The notes beneath the pieces are model-generated. The model was not told the origin of the DNA and searched no databases. It saw only the letters and a program-made list of their open reading frames with translations. A program made the position numbers and the translations under genes. DNA of 53,574 bases, the filler included, from Stramenopiles sp. TOSAG23-2 (Eukaryota), in the NCBI GenBank assembly GCA_900128395.1. It is 4 parts of 4 records of this genome, joined end to end, with 100 filler letters (N's around TTAATTAATTAA, not from the genome) between each part and the next. Parts side by side here need not be neighbours in the genome. Positions count along the whole stretch, not along the records: positions 26,898 to 40,188 come from LT649808.1; positions 40,289 to 53,574 come from LT649809.1; 2 more parts are not named here. The stretch is one strand, 5' to 3'. Below are positions 37,335-50,460 of the stretch, in pieces (position 1 is the stretch's first letter; the number at the start of each line of letters is the position of its first letter).

Positions 37335-38053
37335 ATGACACGGACATGGAAATGTGGATGTGGAAAATTTACAGCAAAAATCGAAGGGGAACCCATTTTA
37401 TTATTTAACTGCCATTGCCATAGTTGTATGTAAAAACATTTTTTTTCTATCGTTTTACAACTAATATTAATCTTTATCTCTCTAACACATCATTTTTTTT
37501 TCATACAATATATGTGATACATATATATATACATATCACAGGTGTTGCGCCTGCACGTTATGCAGATGAACATTTTGGTAGAACCAATCGTACTGCGTTG
37601 GACTCACTTGGTGGAGTTGCAAAATATTTTGCAAAATTAAAAGATGTAACATATCATCCATCCAACCCACCATTAAATTACATACGTGTTGGCCCAAAAG
37701 GTACCAATGTACGTACGATTACAAGTTGTTGTGGTACTATTTTAAATACTGCTGGTGGTGCTAAATTTCCAATCAAGGATGCAAGGCCATTTTCACGTAA
37801 TAATATTTACAATGCAGATGGAACTTTGTATAATTTACAATGTGGTCGTTGTGCTGATTTTATGTTGGATAAAGCATTTAATGATTACAAACATCCAACT
37901 GGTGGTCCAGCTTTTAATGGTGCAGCATTTGGTAATGCAATCAAAGCTGGTTTGAAACAAGATACAAGTATCTTTCCACAGCATTATTACAAAGTCCCAG
38001 ATGAAGGTACTGTTACGGTACCAATTACATGGGAAACAAAAAGTAAAATGTAA
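37335..38053 (+). CDS. GFA/CENP-V (Mss4-like Zn-binding) family protein, 200 aa, PTS1 -SKM
   Basis: Exons 37335-37425 and 37542-38053; intron 37426-37541 (GTATGT..CAG). Spliced product MTRTWKCGCG...NCHCHSC...TSCCGT gives the CxC/CHCxxC/CG Zn-ligand pattern. Ends TKSKM*. Confidence 0.85.
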
Positions 38054-38993
38054 TTTAACATAACTTCTTGTTGTATTTCATATGCGTAATGCATCGGAGA
38101 TCATACATTATGTTTTGTGTTGGTGTGTGTAATTGATTGTTGATTTAAGATTTAAATATATATATATTGTATACATGAGATGAAATCTGCCTCTTAAATG
38201 ATGGTGTTGAATTATATGTTGTAGCAATTATACAAAACATTTTAATATACAAACGTATTGAATTTATCATATATTGTTTGCCCTATAGGAATAGCATTAT
38301 ATCAGAGTTGAAGAGTAATCAAAATATGCCGATTATTGATATTATTAACATACAAATATCCGATTTTATTTTGTAAAATGATTCATTATGATGTGCTTAT
38401 TTTAGTTTTTTATTTAAAAAAAATTGAAATCACAAAATCCTTTTTTGAAATTCATTTTTTGATAACATTTCGTTCCCATTGATTACGTTCCCGCCTCGTC
38501 CGCATGTTAGAATTAAGAGGCACATAGCATAGCATTTTGATGATTATTATTTCAAAAATGTGTACAAAAATTTATTTTTTTACTCATATTTACATGTAAT
38601 TACCACTAATATTTATCCGGTATATATTCTATATAAATATGTGTCGAGTAAAAGATGCATCTATAGAGAGATTAATAGAGAGATTATATATAATTTTTGC
38701 GAGACTTTGGGGGCGTGAAAGTTATCACCAATAGCTGATATATTCACTACTATATCAAACAGTATATTTTATCACAACCAGTCAAATCTAGTTCTTCGAC
38801 AAGCCTTCCATCTTTATCTACATCATATTTTATAGATTCTTGAATTTCTTCTTCGTATTTTTGCTTTTTTTCAATAACAAAATTTTTTACGCTTATAGTA
38901 TACAGAGGTCCCAGAGGTATACATAGATTAAGAATTAAGATAGGTTGATCGATCGTGGTAGAAGAGAGCTGGGAGAGATAAACATATGACAAA

Positions 38994-39893
38994 ATGGCAT
39001 TGTATAGAGATACTGCACAGCGTATTGGATACATTGTACCTTTTACAGGGAAAAAAAGAAAATTTAATGATAGTGATGATGATGAAGATGAAGATTTAAT
39101 TGTAGAAGAAGAACCATGTACTAATATATATTCCGTTTGTGATGTATTGGGGTTGTTTAAAAAGATTGTGGATTATTTAAATGTACATGAAAAATTGAAG
39201 GTAAAAGAGTCTTGTTTTACAAAACAACTAAGTCAGAAAAATGGAAGGCTTTCATATTGGCTGTATGGTAATGATTTAATATACAACACAAAAATACTAT
39301 TTGATTTGTATCGTAGATATGAAAGAAAGTTTCCACGTGGTACAGAACTCACAGCAGGTCAAATACCAACACTTTTCATATGTGCATGTGAACACGGACG
39401 TATGGTTGATGTAGAATTATTTGTGAATCTTCATCCTTTTCACAAGTATATTGCTAATCGCGATGTGAATGGCTACAGAGATGATATGACATTGAAAGAT
39501 ATGGTTAATCAAGTCGGTAGAAATAGTCGTGGTGGTGAATGTACACCTTTAATGATAGCTGCAAAGAAGGAACATTTCCAAATAGTTAAATATTTAATTG
39601 AACAAGGTGAAGCTGATCCTAATATTGCAAATAGTCGTGGATATAATGCATTACATTATGCAGCAGGTAGTAACGAAACAAATACTGAGTTGATTGAATT
39701 GTTATTAACTCATATGACTCTTAATAGCATTAATAAGAAGACGTCCTGGTGGGGAGCCACTCCCCTGGACTATGCATATCGTAATTATAATAGTCCAATT
39801 CAACAAGAGATCATTGCACTTTTACGTTCAAAAGGTGGATATACGCGCGCTCATATGAGCGCTTATATTACTGGTAATGCTGTGGTGGTATAA
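38994..39893 (+). CDS. Ankyrin-repeat protein with a possible degenerate F-box-like N-terminal segment
   Basis: TPLMIAAKKEHFQIVKYLIEQGEADPN, NALHYAA, TPLDYA; upstream GLFKKIVDYLNVHEKLKV. Confidence 0.9.
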   Translation: MALYRDTAQRIGYIVPFTGKKRKFNDSDDDEDEDLIVEEEPCTNIYSVCDVLGLFKKIVDYLNVHEKLKVKESCFTKQLSQKNGRLSYWLYGNDLIYNTKILFDLYRRYERKFPRGTELTAGQIPTLFICACEHGRMVDVELFVNLHPFHKYIANRDVNGYRDDMTLKDMVNQVGRNSRGGECTPLMIAAKKEHFQIVKYLIEQGEADPNIANSRGYNALHYAAGSNETNTELIELLLTHMTLNSINKKTSWWGATPLDYAYRNYNSPIQQEIIALLRSKGGYTRAHMSAYITGNAVVV

Positions 39894-40188
39894 TGTGGGG
39901 TTTATAAAAAAAATACCTTTTTCGTAAATATATTAGAATATCCATCTTATATTTATGATGTTTAAAATCTAAGTTATTAATAATTTTACACTTCTCGTGT
40001 TGAGTAATATATGTATTTTTCTCTTACTCATATGTTATATTAAAATTCTTTTACTCCCGTTTATTAATATCTCAAATCAAAAATGATTTATAAATTTTAG
40101 TAAAAATTATTTAGTATTCAAAAGATGTTTCCTCTGTCTGTGATTCAGAGCTAAATGAAAGAGGTCCTCCTTCATAAAGTTGTAAATC

Positions 40189-40288
40189 NNNNNNNNNNNN
40201 NNNNNNNNNNNNNNNNNNNNNNNNNNNNNNNNTTAATTAATTAANNNNNNNNNNNNNNNNNNNNNNNNNNNNNNNNNNNNNNNNNNNN
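40189..40288. other. Artificial contig linker
   Basis: N44-TTAATTAATTAA-N44. Confidence 0.98.
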
Positions 40289-40289
40289 A

Positions 40290-41440
40290 TGTACAAACAA
40301 TAATAATGTTATTGACGTCGGGAAGTATTTATTATTACATGGTAGTAAAGAAAAAGATTTTAATCAAGGCAAAGCAGATTGGCCTAATGCAAGATTACTA
40401 ATTAGAAAATATAAAAAAGAATTTCCACGCGGTACGCCAATAGTATGTGCGTGTGAAAAAGGACGTTTTGAGGATGTGAAATTATTGATTACAGGCTATA
40501 ATGATCTGAATGATGGATGTTGGGCGCGTGGACCGAAGGACTCCAAGAAAATAATCACGGATCTAAAATCATGGCGTTTAGGCTTAAAGGTTGGTGATCG
40601 TTGCGATGCAATGGATAGTGTTGCAGGTGCAAATAGCAATTATACACCACAGTGGTTTGAAGGTATTGTACAAGAAATTAATGAAGAGAAAAATACATTG
40701 CTCATACATTTTCATGCCTGGAAACCCAGATTTGATGAATGGATTACAAGAGATTCAGAGCGTTTACAGCCACGGTTTACAAAAAAGAGAGATTGGCGAT
40801 CTCAATTAAAAGTAAACGAAAGAGTTGAGCTAAATGTCTACAATAAACATAAGAAGCAAGATGAATGGATTGCGGGATTAGTCCTTAAAATTGATCGCAC
40901 TGTTGAAGGGTCGGAAAAAATATTTGTAAAAGAGTTGAATAAAGGCCGCAGTACTTACAGCAATTATTATTCTAGCTCCATTCGTACCTATGGTAATAGC
41001 ACCACTCGGTGGATTGGTGTATGGGATGAAAAATTAACTGAACAGCACACTCATATTAAAGATAGTAATGGTAATATGACATTGAAAGAATACGTGAATC
41101 AAGTCGGTAAAACTAGTGAAAGTTATAATAATACACCTTTAATGGCAGCTGCATGGAAAGAACATTTCCAAATAGTTAAATATTTGATTGAACAAGGTGA
41201 AGCTGATCCTAATATTGCAAATAGTCATGGATGGAATGCATTACATTGGGCAGCACTGATAACATAAAGGATACGAAGGTGATTGAGTTCTTATTAACTA
41301 ATATGTCTCTTACTAGCATTAATAAGAAGGCGGCGTGGGGCACTCCCCTGGACTGGGCATATGAATATAATAAAAGTCCAATTCAACAAAAGATCATTGA
41401 TCTTATACGTTCAAAAGGTGGAAAACGTAATAATGAGTGA
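40290..41440 (+). CDS. 5'-partial ankyrin-repeat protein (paralogue of 38994..39893) with an inserted tandem Tudor/Agenet-like cassette; one frameshift
   Basis: Frame is open from the contig start. It shares FPRGT..CACE.GR..DV.L and EHFQIVKYLIEQGEADPNIANS with the paralogue. Insert: WRLGLKVGDRCDAMD..WFEGIV..LLIHFHAWKPRFDEWI..DSERLQP. Frameshift at ~41256 into ORF 41231..41440. Confidence 0.85.
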
Positions 41441-42757
41441 ATTATAAAAAAATCATAATATAAAAAAATAATACAAATATATGTTAATATACAACAAACT
41501 CATTATGTACAAAACCTCACACACTCTTATACATGCATCATCAATACACGAGACCTTTTTGACGTTTAACTATTATAAATGTAAAAGAATTATATTTAAT
41601 TTTAAAATTATATTTTTATAAATTATCACGGTTTGTTTTTTGAAAATTAAGCAGATAGCATATTGTTTTTTTGGTTTCATCCAAACGAAGAAAAGAAATT
41701 CTGGCTGCCATTTCGCGTATATGCAATTGAATATATTACTTACATATAAATGTATTGGTCATGATATAAATTGTTAAAATCTATATTATACAAATAAAGG
41801 TTCTATTTATTATTTCAAATATTTGAATTTAAATTATAATAAAACTTCAATATTTTTTCTTTGATAGTTGTCACTCACTATATATTATTAAGTTTAAAAG
41901 AATAATGCATATTTTAAATATGAAACTTATTTCAAATATTTGAATTTAAATTATAATAAAACTTCAATATTTTTTCTTTGATTGTTGTCACTATTAAGTT
42001 TAAAAGAATAATGCATATTTTAAATATGAAAGTTGGTTAGTTCTACTAAGAGATAGCACGCCATCAACGATAACGCCAATAACTGGATATACATCACTTT
42101 GAACGAGGAAAGAGAATGAGATACACTTCTAACATTGCATTTTCACTAAAACATGTTATATAATTTGGTGATTTTGAATGAAAAGTATCAAACAATTCCA
42201 CTTAATAGTAATTATGAGAAACAAAATCTATATAAAATGAGTCCTGCCGATATGAGTCATTTGGAAATGGCTGCTTCGGCGATGATAGACACCATTCGTA
42301 CCAAATGATATCAGGATAGTGTGTACATGTGAAAAGTATCAAACAATTCCACTTAATAGTAATTATGAGAAACAAAATCTATATAAATGAGTCCTGTCGG
42401 ATATGAGTAATTTGAAAATGGCTGCTTCGGCGGTAATAGACACCATTCGTACCAAATGATATCAGGATTGTGTGTACATGCGGGTAAACATGGAGATGCT
42501 TTATTAAAAATAAAAAATAACTTTTTTAAATTGAAAATTGAAAATCTTAAAATAATTTTAAAACAAAATGCAGGAATAATTGTAAATCTCTCTCCTCAAA
42601 ACTCTATTTGTTATGAAAAGCCATCACTCACACAATTCACACACACACAAACTTTCATTTCTCTTTAGTCGGATGAATCCCACTTCTAAAATCATATTAT
42701 ATATATATATATACACGATCGTACAACACTTTTAGAGATTTATAACCATCACCCCCA

Positions 42758-44215
42758 TCATCTTATTGTTCCCGCTGTCCGTCGTGTTCTTCTTCCATAT
42801 TTCATATACAACACAATGATAATCGTAATGATAAATATGATAACAACTATAACAGCAAAGATTCTACTTAATTCTTGAAGTCCACTTGTACAAAGTAATA
42901 ATGAACCTAATAATAAAAACAACAATATCAATCGTCGAAATGCAATTGGATCAATGTATTTACTTAAATATTTATTCGCAATCAATGCAGCGAATATGCC
43001 ACATACCATCGTAGTGAAGTATATTGGTAATAATTCTTCTTTATATCTACCAGATGCCCATAAAATATATACAATACGTGGAATAATGTAAATCTACATG
43101 TTGACAAAGTGTATTATGTTAGTTTTTTAAAATGGACATATATGTAAAATACAAAGTTGTATGAAGTAGTTAGAATTCTCTTGAAATACATACCGATGTC
43201 ATATGGGATGCACATGCACGCCATATATTTTTATCAACATCACGATTATATGTTAACCATACCATAAATGGTGGACCTTTATATATGATACGTAAATATA
43301 TATATTGTAAATTGTTAGAAAGCAAGAAATGCATTGTATAAAGAGGATGTAAACATATGCAATAGAGATATACACATTTTGACAAGGATGCAAGTATATG
43401 CAAATGCAATACATATTGTGAGAAAAAGATGTAAACCTACCAGCTGTACCAAATAAACCACCAAGGAAACCAGCAAATGATGATGTTATTAATAAAATTA
43501 ATATTGATTTCCAATCATTAATTTCAAATGTATCTACATTGTTATTAATGAGAACAGAAGATGTGATTTTTGTAACATCCACATTGTTATTTGAATCATC
43601 CAGATTATCTTTAATTTCTATTTCAATGTTATTGTTTCTAGTATTGCCACCATCCTTGTCTATAGATAGTTTACCTTCTTTCATTTCAATAACTCGTTCT
43701 TCATCTTCTTCTTCTTCTTCTTTATCTAGTACACCATCTTTTTTTGTTGTATTATTAGTATTTACAATGTTATTTACAATGTTATTTTTAATGTTCTGTC
43801 GTTTATTTTTTTCTTCTTCTTCTTCTTGTTTTTCATGTTGTCGTTGATCATACATCATTTTAAACCATTGTAATAAAAACAATATACCTAAACTACGTTT
43901 TAACCATGGTGATTTTACATATAATAAGACTTGTATCCCTATTAACATGAATGGTACAAATCCAATGATCATAATAAATACCATTTTCCAATAAACATAT
44001 TTATGTAATAAATATGCTTGATATGGATTCACAGCAAGTCCAGCAATGGATAAATATAATAAACCATCGACAATATCGCCATTGCCATAAAATAAACTGA
44101 TGAAGTACCATGATATTTGAAATATAATCGCACTGCCAAAACCAGTCAACGCCCATGCGGTATACGATATGTAACCGATGATACCAGTAATAATTCCAGT
44201 GAGTATTAACGACAT
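42758..44215 (-). CDS. TauE/SafE (TSUP) family membrane transporter, 3 exons
   Basis: ALTGFGSAII and AGFLGGLFGTAGPPFMVW motifs. Exons 44215-43441, 43276-43194 and 43093-42758; GT-AG introns 43277-43440 and 43094-43193 keep the frame. Confidence 0.9.
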
Positions 44216-45559
44216 TTTATAATTTAATTATATAGAATAACTGCCACAAAAATGTTTCAAAAAGTATACGATATGTAACCGATGATACCAGTAATAATTC
44301 CAGTGAGTATTAACGACATTTTATAATTTAATTATATAGAATAACTGCCACAAAAATGTTTCAAAAAGTAATTATTAAAAAATGAAAAATGAAAAATGAT
44401 GAAAAAAAAAACTTTTCAAAAATCAAACAAGCATAGATACACACCGTACAAATTTCAATGAAATCCAATTCAAATACCACAATTAATAATCACACACACA
44501 TATACGTCCTTTTTCAAACAACTCTCGCACTATATACACATTGCTTTCTATATATCCGATATATATATTCCACCCTGTCTGTCCTGTTGGGGGTGGTCGA
44601 ATGGCCACTTGTACTTATATGTATACTAATTACTACTGATTACCTATATAATACGATGTAATGCTATGTGATGCTACTGGAAAGACCCATTTTCCAATAG
44701 TGTATCGATATAATTTATTGATGTATTTTAGCCAATGCTGTGTGTGTGGTACGGCCAATTTTGAACTTAGGATGGAATAGCATTACTTGTGGTGTGTACA
44801 TGCTAGCAAATTGTAGTGAGTGCTGTGTCATGCTATCTCGTATTTTCTGCCCCCTATAGGACTTCTTGGTAGTGTACCATGTACCAGGTACCAGGTAAGA
44901 CTGTCAGATATGATATTGGTTAAGGGATATCTTGTCTTATATATAACTTATATACTTTTAAGTACTCTCTGTCGTATATGACACATATATATATCCATAA
45001 TATATACATATATATCAGATATGATATTGGTTAAGGGATATCTTGTCTTATATATAACTTATATACTTTTAAGTACTCTCTGTCGTATATGACACATATA
45101 TATATCCATAATATATACATATATATCTACTATATCTGTTGTCGTTGCTCCGTTTACTGGTTGTCGTTCTTCTGCAATATTGTGTGCCTGCTGTCTGTGA
45201 TCTTTAAGGCTTCGTCTCCTTGCGTATGGTTAGCTTGTTCACAAGACAGAGTAAAAATCTATACTATAAAATCCAAAAATTCTCAAAAAATGTTTTGTCT
45301 AAAAAAATGAAAAATCAAAATATCCGGAAATATATATATATATATAATGTATGAATACATGTTGAGGGGATCATGTGATATATATATATATATATAAATA
45401 TCATTTGATCGTTAGTATAAGTCTGTTGTCACCACTCCATTTCATACGGTTTGATTATTGTTATACATTTGGTGTTTCACAATTTTTCTTTTTATTGTCT
45501 ATTTTTTTTTGTGGTCGATACATATTATTGAATCATCCTCATCATTAATATTAATTAAA

Positions 45560-46390
45560 ATGAAAGCACAAAATGTATGTATCTATGTCTTATTCATTTG
45601 TTTCATCATGTATTTATATAGTAATTATTTTTCATCTGTGTTTAAAATACATAAATATGTAACAAAAGATCAACAAATTGTTGACGGCACGGTTAGGGGT
45701 TCGAAAAGTACAATGCATCATTCAATAAAACAAGCGCAGGAAAACATGTTAAAAGCAATGAAAATAACACAAACACAAATCATACAGGAAACATTAAATA
45801 AAAATCCATCGTCATCAACCACATTGTCAAAAAGAAAAGAAAAAAAAGAAAATAATCATCCTATCTTTGATATTTCAAAAGAATCTATTGATGTAAAATC
45901 ATCTGTCAAAGGTAATTTATCACCAGCAAATATTGTATTAAATGGTAAATCAAATAATTGGTTAAAAGATCGATGGCAAGCAGCTAAAAATATGCAAGGT
46001 GTACCTATACCTGGAAAACATTTTATACAATTTATTTTTAAAAACAATATTGATATGATTAAACAAATAACATTAGATTATGAAACTGCATATTCATCGA
46101 AATATGTTTTAACTGTATACAATGATCAAAATCCTACAAATAACATTGTTACATTGTATTCATATAAAGTAAAATCAATTGAAAATAATATATGTCAACC
46201 ATCACCAGCTGATAAAAGCAAAAACAAACATGTCATTTATATATTAAATTGTAATACTAACAAGGATATGTTTAAAGATGAAAATGATAATGTAATAGAA
46301 AATATTAATACCTTTAAAATTGAAATGGAACATAGTACAAATTGGGGTGTTTCGTTGTGGAATGTTGATATCATCGGACGGTATTCGTAA
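45560..46390 (+). CDS. Signal-anchored protein with a C-terminal discoidin/CBM32-like domain
   Basis: First ATG at 45560, hydrophobic anchor (VCIYVLFICFIMYLY), RWQAA...ITLDYETAYSSKY...WGVSLWNVDIIG. Confidence 0.8.
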   Translation: MKAQNVCIYVLFICFIMYLYSNYFSSVFKIHKYVTKDQQIVDGTVRGSKSTMHHSIKQAQENMLKAMKITQTQIIQETLNKNPSSSTTLSKRKEKKENNHPIFDISKESIDVKSSVKGNLSPANIVLNGKSNNWLKDRWQAAKNMQGVPIPGKHFIQFIFKNNIDMIKQITLDYETAYSSKYVLTVYNDQNPTNNIVTLYSYKVKSIENNICQPSPADKSKNKHVIYILNCNTNKDMFKDENDNVIENINTFKIEMEHSTNWGVSLWNVDIIGRYS

Positions 46391-46754
46391 AAGGTTTTTG
46401 TGTTTGGTGGTTGTAAATTGTACGTATAGCTCATGATGATGGGGTGGAAGACACGAAAAGAGGTCTAAGGAGAGAGAGAGAGACGGGGAGAACAGGGAGG
46501 CGAAGAGTGAATGTAGATCGAGAAGATGTACTTTTAAAAATCATATATACTAATATGCATTAAAAATTACGACGTATTTTTTCCCAAAAAAAAGATATAC
46601 GTTCGTAAAAAAATATAAATTAAATTTAAAATAACAAAATGCACCAATCACAAACCCTGTTTTTATCAGGAGCTATACGTACATTTTACACCCAACACTA
46701 CGCGTACACATTCACACATTACACATTCACACATTCTACGATCTTCCGCGCGAC

Positions 46755-49700
46755 TCACTTATTCATCGCAGTCAACGCAGCTTTCTTCGCTTTATCCACA
46801 TGTGTTTCCATATTTTTTTTCGTATCGGTAACAAAACTCCAAAAATCTTTTTTCTTTTTTGATCCAGTCCTATTATTACGATTATTCTTAACATTTTTCA
46901 TACTACCATTATTACCACCACCACCACTACCACCATCTTCCCCATTGACATTTGCATCTGGTTTATAATCGGGACTGTTTTTATATTGTTCTAAAAAATT
47001 ATCTTGTTCATTCTTTTTAATACCTTTTAAATTCATTAAATCAATAAAATCACTTTCTGTTGCAGCGGGCCATATTACTGGAAGACTTTCAATTAATCGG
47101 AAACTTGGTGTTTGTACTAATTTTAAAATTGCTTCTGCTTTACCAATTTCACGTACAACAACTTTTGTATATGCATCCATACGTTTTGAATTAGAAATAA
47201 TAACTGTATGATTATTATTTCCATCATCATCATCATCATCTGCATGCGTAAAACTGCGTAATTGTGTAAATATTTGTTTTAAACTTTGTGTATCTAATAA
47301 TAATTGTTGTGCACCTTCTTCACATATTTTTTTACATTTGTAAATCGTTGTAGTATATCTGTTTGTGGGTGTATATATATATATATTTATGTGATGTATT
47401 GAATATAAAATAACATTGTTAGAATAGTTTACTTGTATGTCAATATATAAATGTAGCAATATATTATACTTACTGTGGCAAAAAGGAAGAAATAAATGAA
47501 TCACAAAAACTACGGAAATACGTTTCCGATAATAATTTCTTCAATAATGGAACAACATCTAAACATGTTTGATGAATTAAACCAATATATTGTGATTGAT
47601 CACCAACGTCCGCCCATGTATCCCATGGCATTTTCGTCATAATATCTAAATGCTTCAATAAACGTTGTTCCAATCCACTTGCTAAAACACGTATGGAAAT
47701 ATTAATTACATCATAAAATGAATCTTCAATCGCATCCATATTAATATGATCTTTAAATGCTTCATCGATTTTTTCACGTACCATATCCGCTAGTTGTGGA
47801 GATGTTTCTGCACAATATTCAGATGTATTTACAATTAAACATGCCATTCGTAATACATCTTCACCATCATCTAATTTATAATTTGCATGTGCAGCAACAT
47901 TGTTATTATCTCCATTGTTATTATTACTACTGCTATCATTTAATGGTTTTGGTAATTTATTAATTAATAAATTACTATATCGTGTTAAAACATCTTGATA
48001 TTCTTTTTGTAAATTATAAAATGTTTGTCCTGTACTATATCCAGTACAACGTTTTACACTTTGTTTAATATAACCAAATAAATTTACCGAACTACTAAGT
48101 ACAGGAAGTCCACTTTGATCATCCGTACTACCATCTTCCGCCATCACTTCATCTAACATATTCTCCATATTTTGACGTTCTTTTTTCACATATGCAATCA
48201 TATATGCATCAAAACTACGACTGATATATCCACGAAATTTCACATCAATCGTTTTTAACCCTTTTTGTTCCATTTCTTTTTGTTCTTGTTCCATTTGTTC
48301 TACTTTTTCTTTCCGTGCATTGCGTTCGCCAAGACGTTTATATTTCAATTGTATACCAGCACTTGAATTTGGATCGACAACATTGCCATCATCATCCATT
48401 AACATACTATCTGCTGAATTTTCATTTAATTGACCTTCACTTAATACTGCTTGCCTTGCTGCATTGACTTCAAATGTTGCAGCGGCTTCACGTTCAAATG
48501 CTAATGTTTTCGTTAATCCTTTTAATAATAATTCCACATCTGCACTTTCTGGTGGATCTATTTTTAAAAGTATATTAGTAATCATCGTTTTCGTACGTTT
48601 TGCAAAATCCAATGCCATACGATGTAAAATACACCAATCACGTGGGAATACATTGCCATATCTTTGTGTGTTTGTTTTATGATGTAAAAATAGATATGGA
48701 AAAGAAATGAAATGTTAGTCATTTATATGTTTGTGTTTGTAGGTAGGTGTATATATATGTGTGTGTGTGTGTGTCCATATGTCAACGTGTAATGTATATA
48801 TATATACACATATATATATACCGATCAAAGTAGATATATAACTATACATACTTTTCTTCGTATTTACGAACGGTACGTCTCCACCATGCATATCGTACAT
48901 CTATACATACTTTTCTTCGTATTTACGAACGGTACGTCTCCACCATGCATATCGTCGTTCAATTGTTTCTAATTTATCTTCTCCACCATTTTCACGAAAG
49001 ATTACATCATATACATTTAAATGTATATCACAAAATTGTTGTATAATCCTTTCTTTAATCTCTGGATCTAATGAATTGACAACAATGCATGCATCGGATA
49101 ATTGATCAATACTATTTAAACCAGGTAAGGGACTTGCAACACGTTTATTATCGTTGTTGTTGCTGCTGCTGTTATTATTATTACCATCCATTGAATCATC
49201 ACCATTCTTATTATTAGTATCATCATTTTCTCCATTACGTTCATCACTTGCTAATGTACGTATATATTTAAAATCATTTAATATACGTTTTGTTAATTCA
49301 TCTTTTGTATCTTTAACAGAATTACGTAATTCCGCAATTTTTGGTACTTGATCATAATCTTGAAAATAATTATACAATTCATTTACAGCTTGTAATAGAT
49401 TACCAGCTTCACGATATTGCCGTCCTTCTGCCATAACTTCCAATTGATCTACAGCAGTAACAAGCATATGTAAACGTTTTAATGTTGTAATAGATGTTTG
49501 CAAATTTGTTTTTGCATTATCTAATAATTTAATATCATGACATATTTCATCTACCATATGTTCACTTTCTTGTGCTTTTGATTTAATATCTTTTACTTTG
49601 GAATATAATTGTTTGATAGCATTTTTTGCTTCATCTACTTGTGCATGTGCATTTGTCGATCGATTTGCTTGACTATGTATAATATCTTTAATTTCTGATT

Positions 49701-50157
49701 TTGTTTTGACAATATCACGTTGTATATTTGCAATAAATGTATCAGCACGATTTAATGAAGCCTCGTCTGGAAAATGTTCATTTAAATATGCAATTGGATC
49801 AAAATCTTCTTGATCCAATGGATCATCAGAGGGGCACACTTCACGCATGGATTCTTGCAAGTCATCGCTAAATAATGAAAAATCCATACTTTGTCCAATC
49901 ACATCATCAATTTCTTTAATAGCTTTTTCAACACCATTAATATGTTTTGTTAATTTTTGTAATACTGGGTGAACCTCTGGATCATCTTCTGTTGTCCTAT
50001 CATATATTTTATTTATATTTTTTGGTTGTGTTGGATTGATGGATGGTGGTATTGTAAAGGTGTCATCGTCGTCGTCGTTGGTGGTGGTGGTGGTGGTGGT
50101 GGTGGTGTTAGTATCATCAATGATATCAATATCGTTAGGTGATGTTGTATCTGTCAT
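46755..50157 (-). CDS. VPS53: Vacuolar protein sorting 53 (GARP/EARP complex), 1012 aa, 3 exons
   Basis: DPLDQEDFDPIAYLNEHFPDEASL, DIKLLDNAKTNLQTSITTLKRLHMLVTAVDQL, IVNTSEYC, GAQQLLLDT. Exons 50157-48911, 48661-47474 and 47358-46755 total 3039 nt; both introns are GT-AG. Confidence 0.96.
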
Positions 50158-50383
50158 TTTGTTTTAATATTTTTTTTATTATTACTATTACTATATTATT
50201 CAATTAATAAATAAAATGTGTAAAATCCCACACTATAATTTAAAATGGATAAAAAAAATAAAAAATTGAAAATTAAAATTAAAAAAATTGATATACACTG
50301 TCTATATCAATATCAATATATATATACACGTATATATGAATGTGATCAATGGTATTGTACGTATATCTGTTATTTCTGTTGTT

Positions 50384-50415
<32 letters not shown>

Positions 50416-50460
50416 TTATATCCTAATTTCGATTCATTAATTCATTATTATTTTTGATTT

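Noticed and set aside
38994-41440. Tandem ankyrin gene cluster
   Set aside because: The two paralogues are on different contigs separated by a linker; adjacency is accidental.
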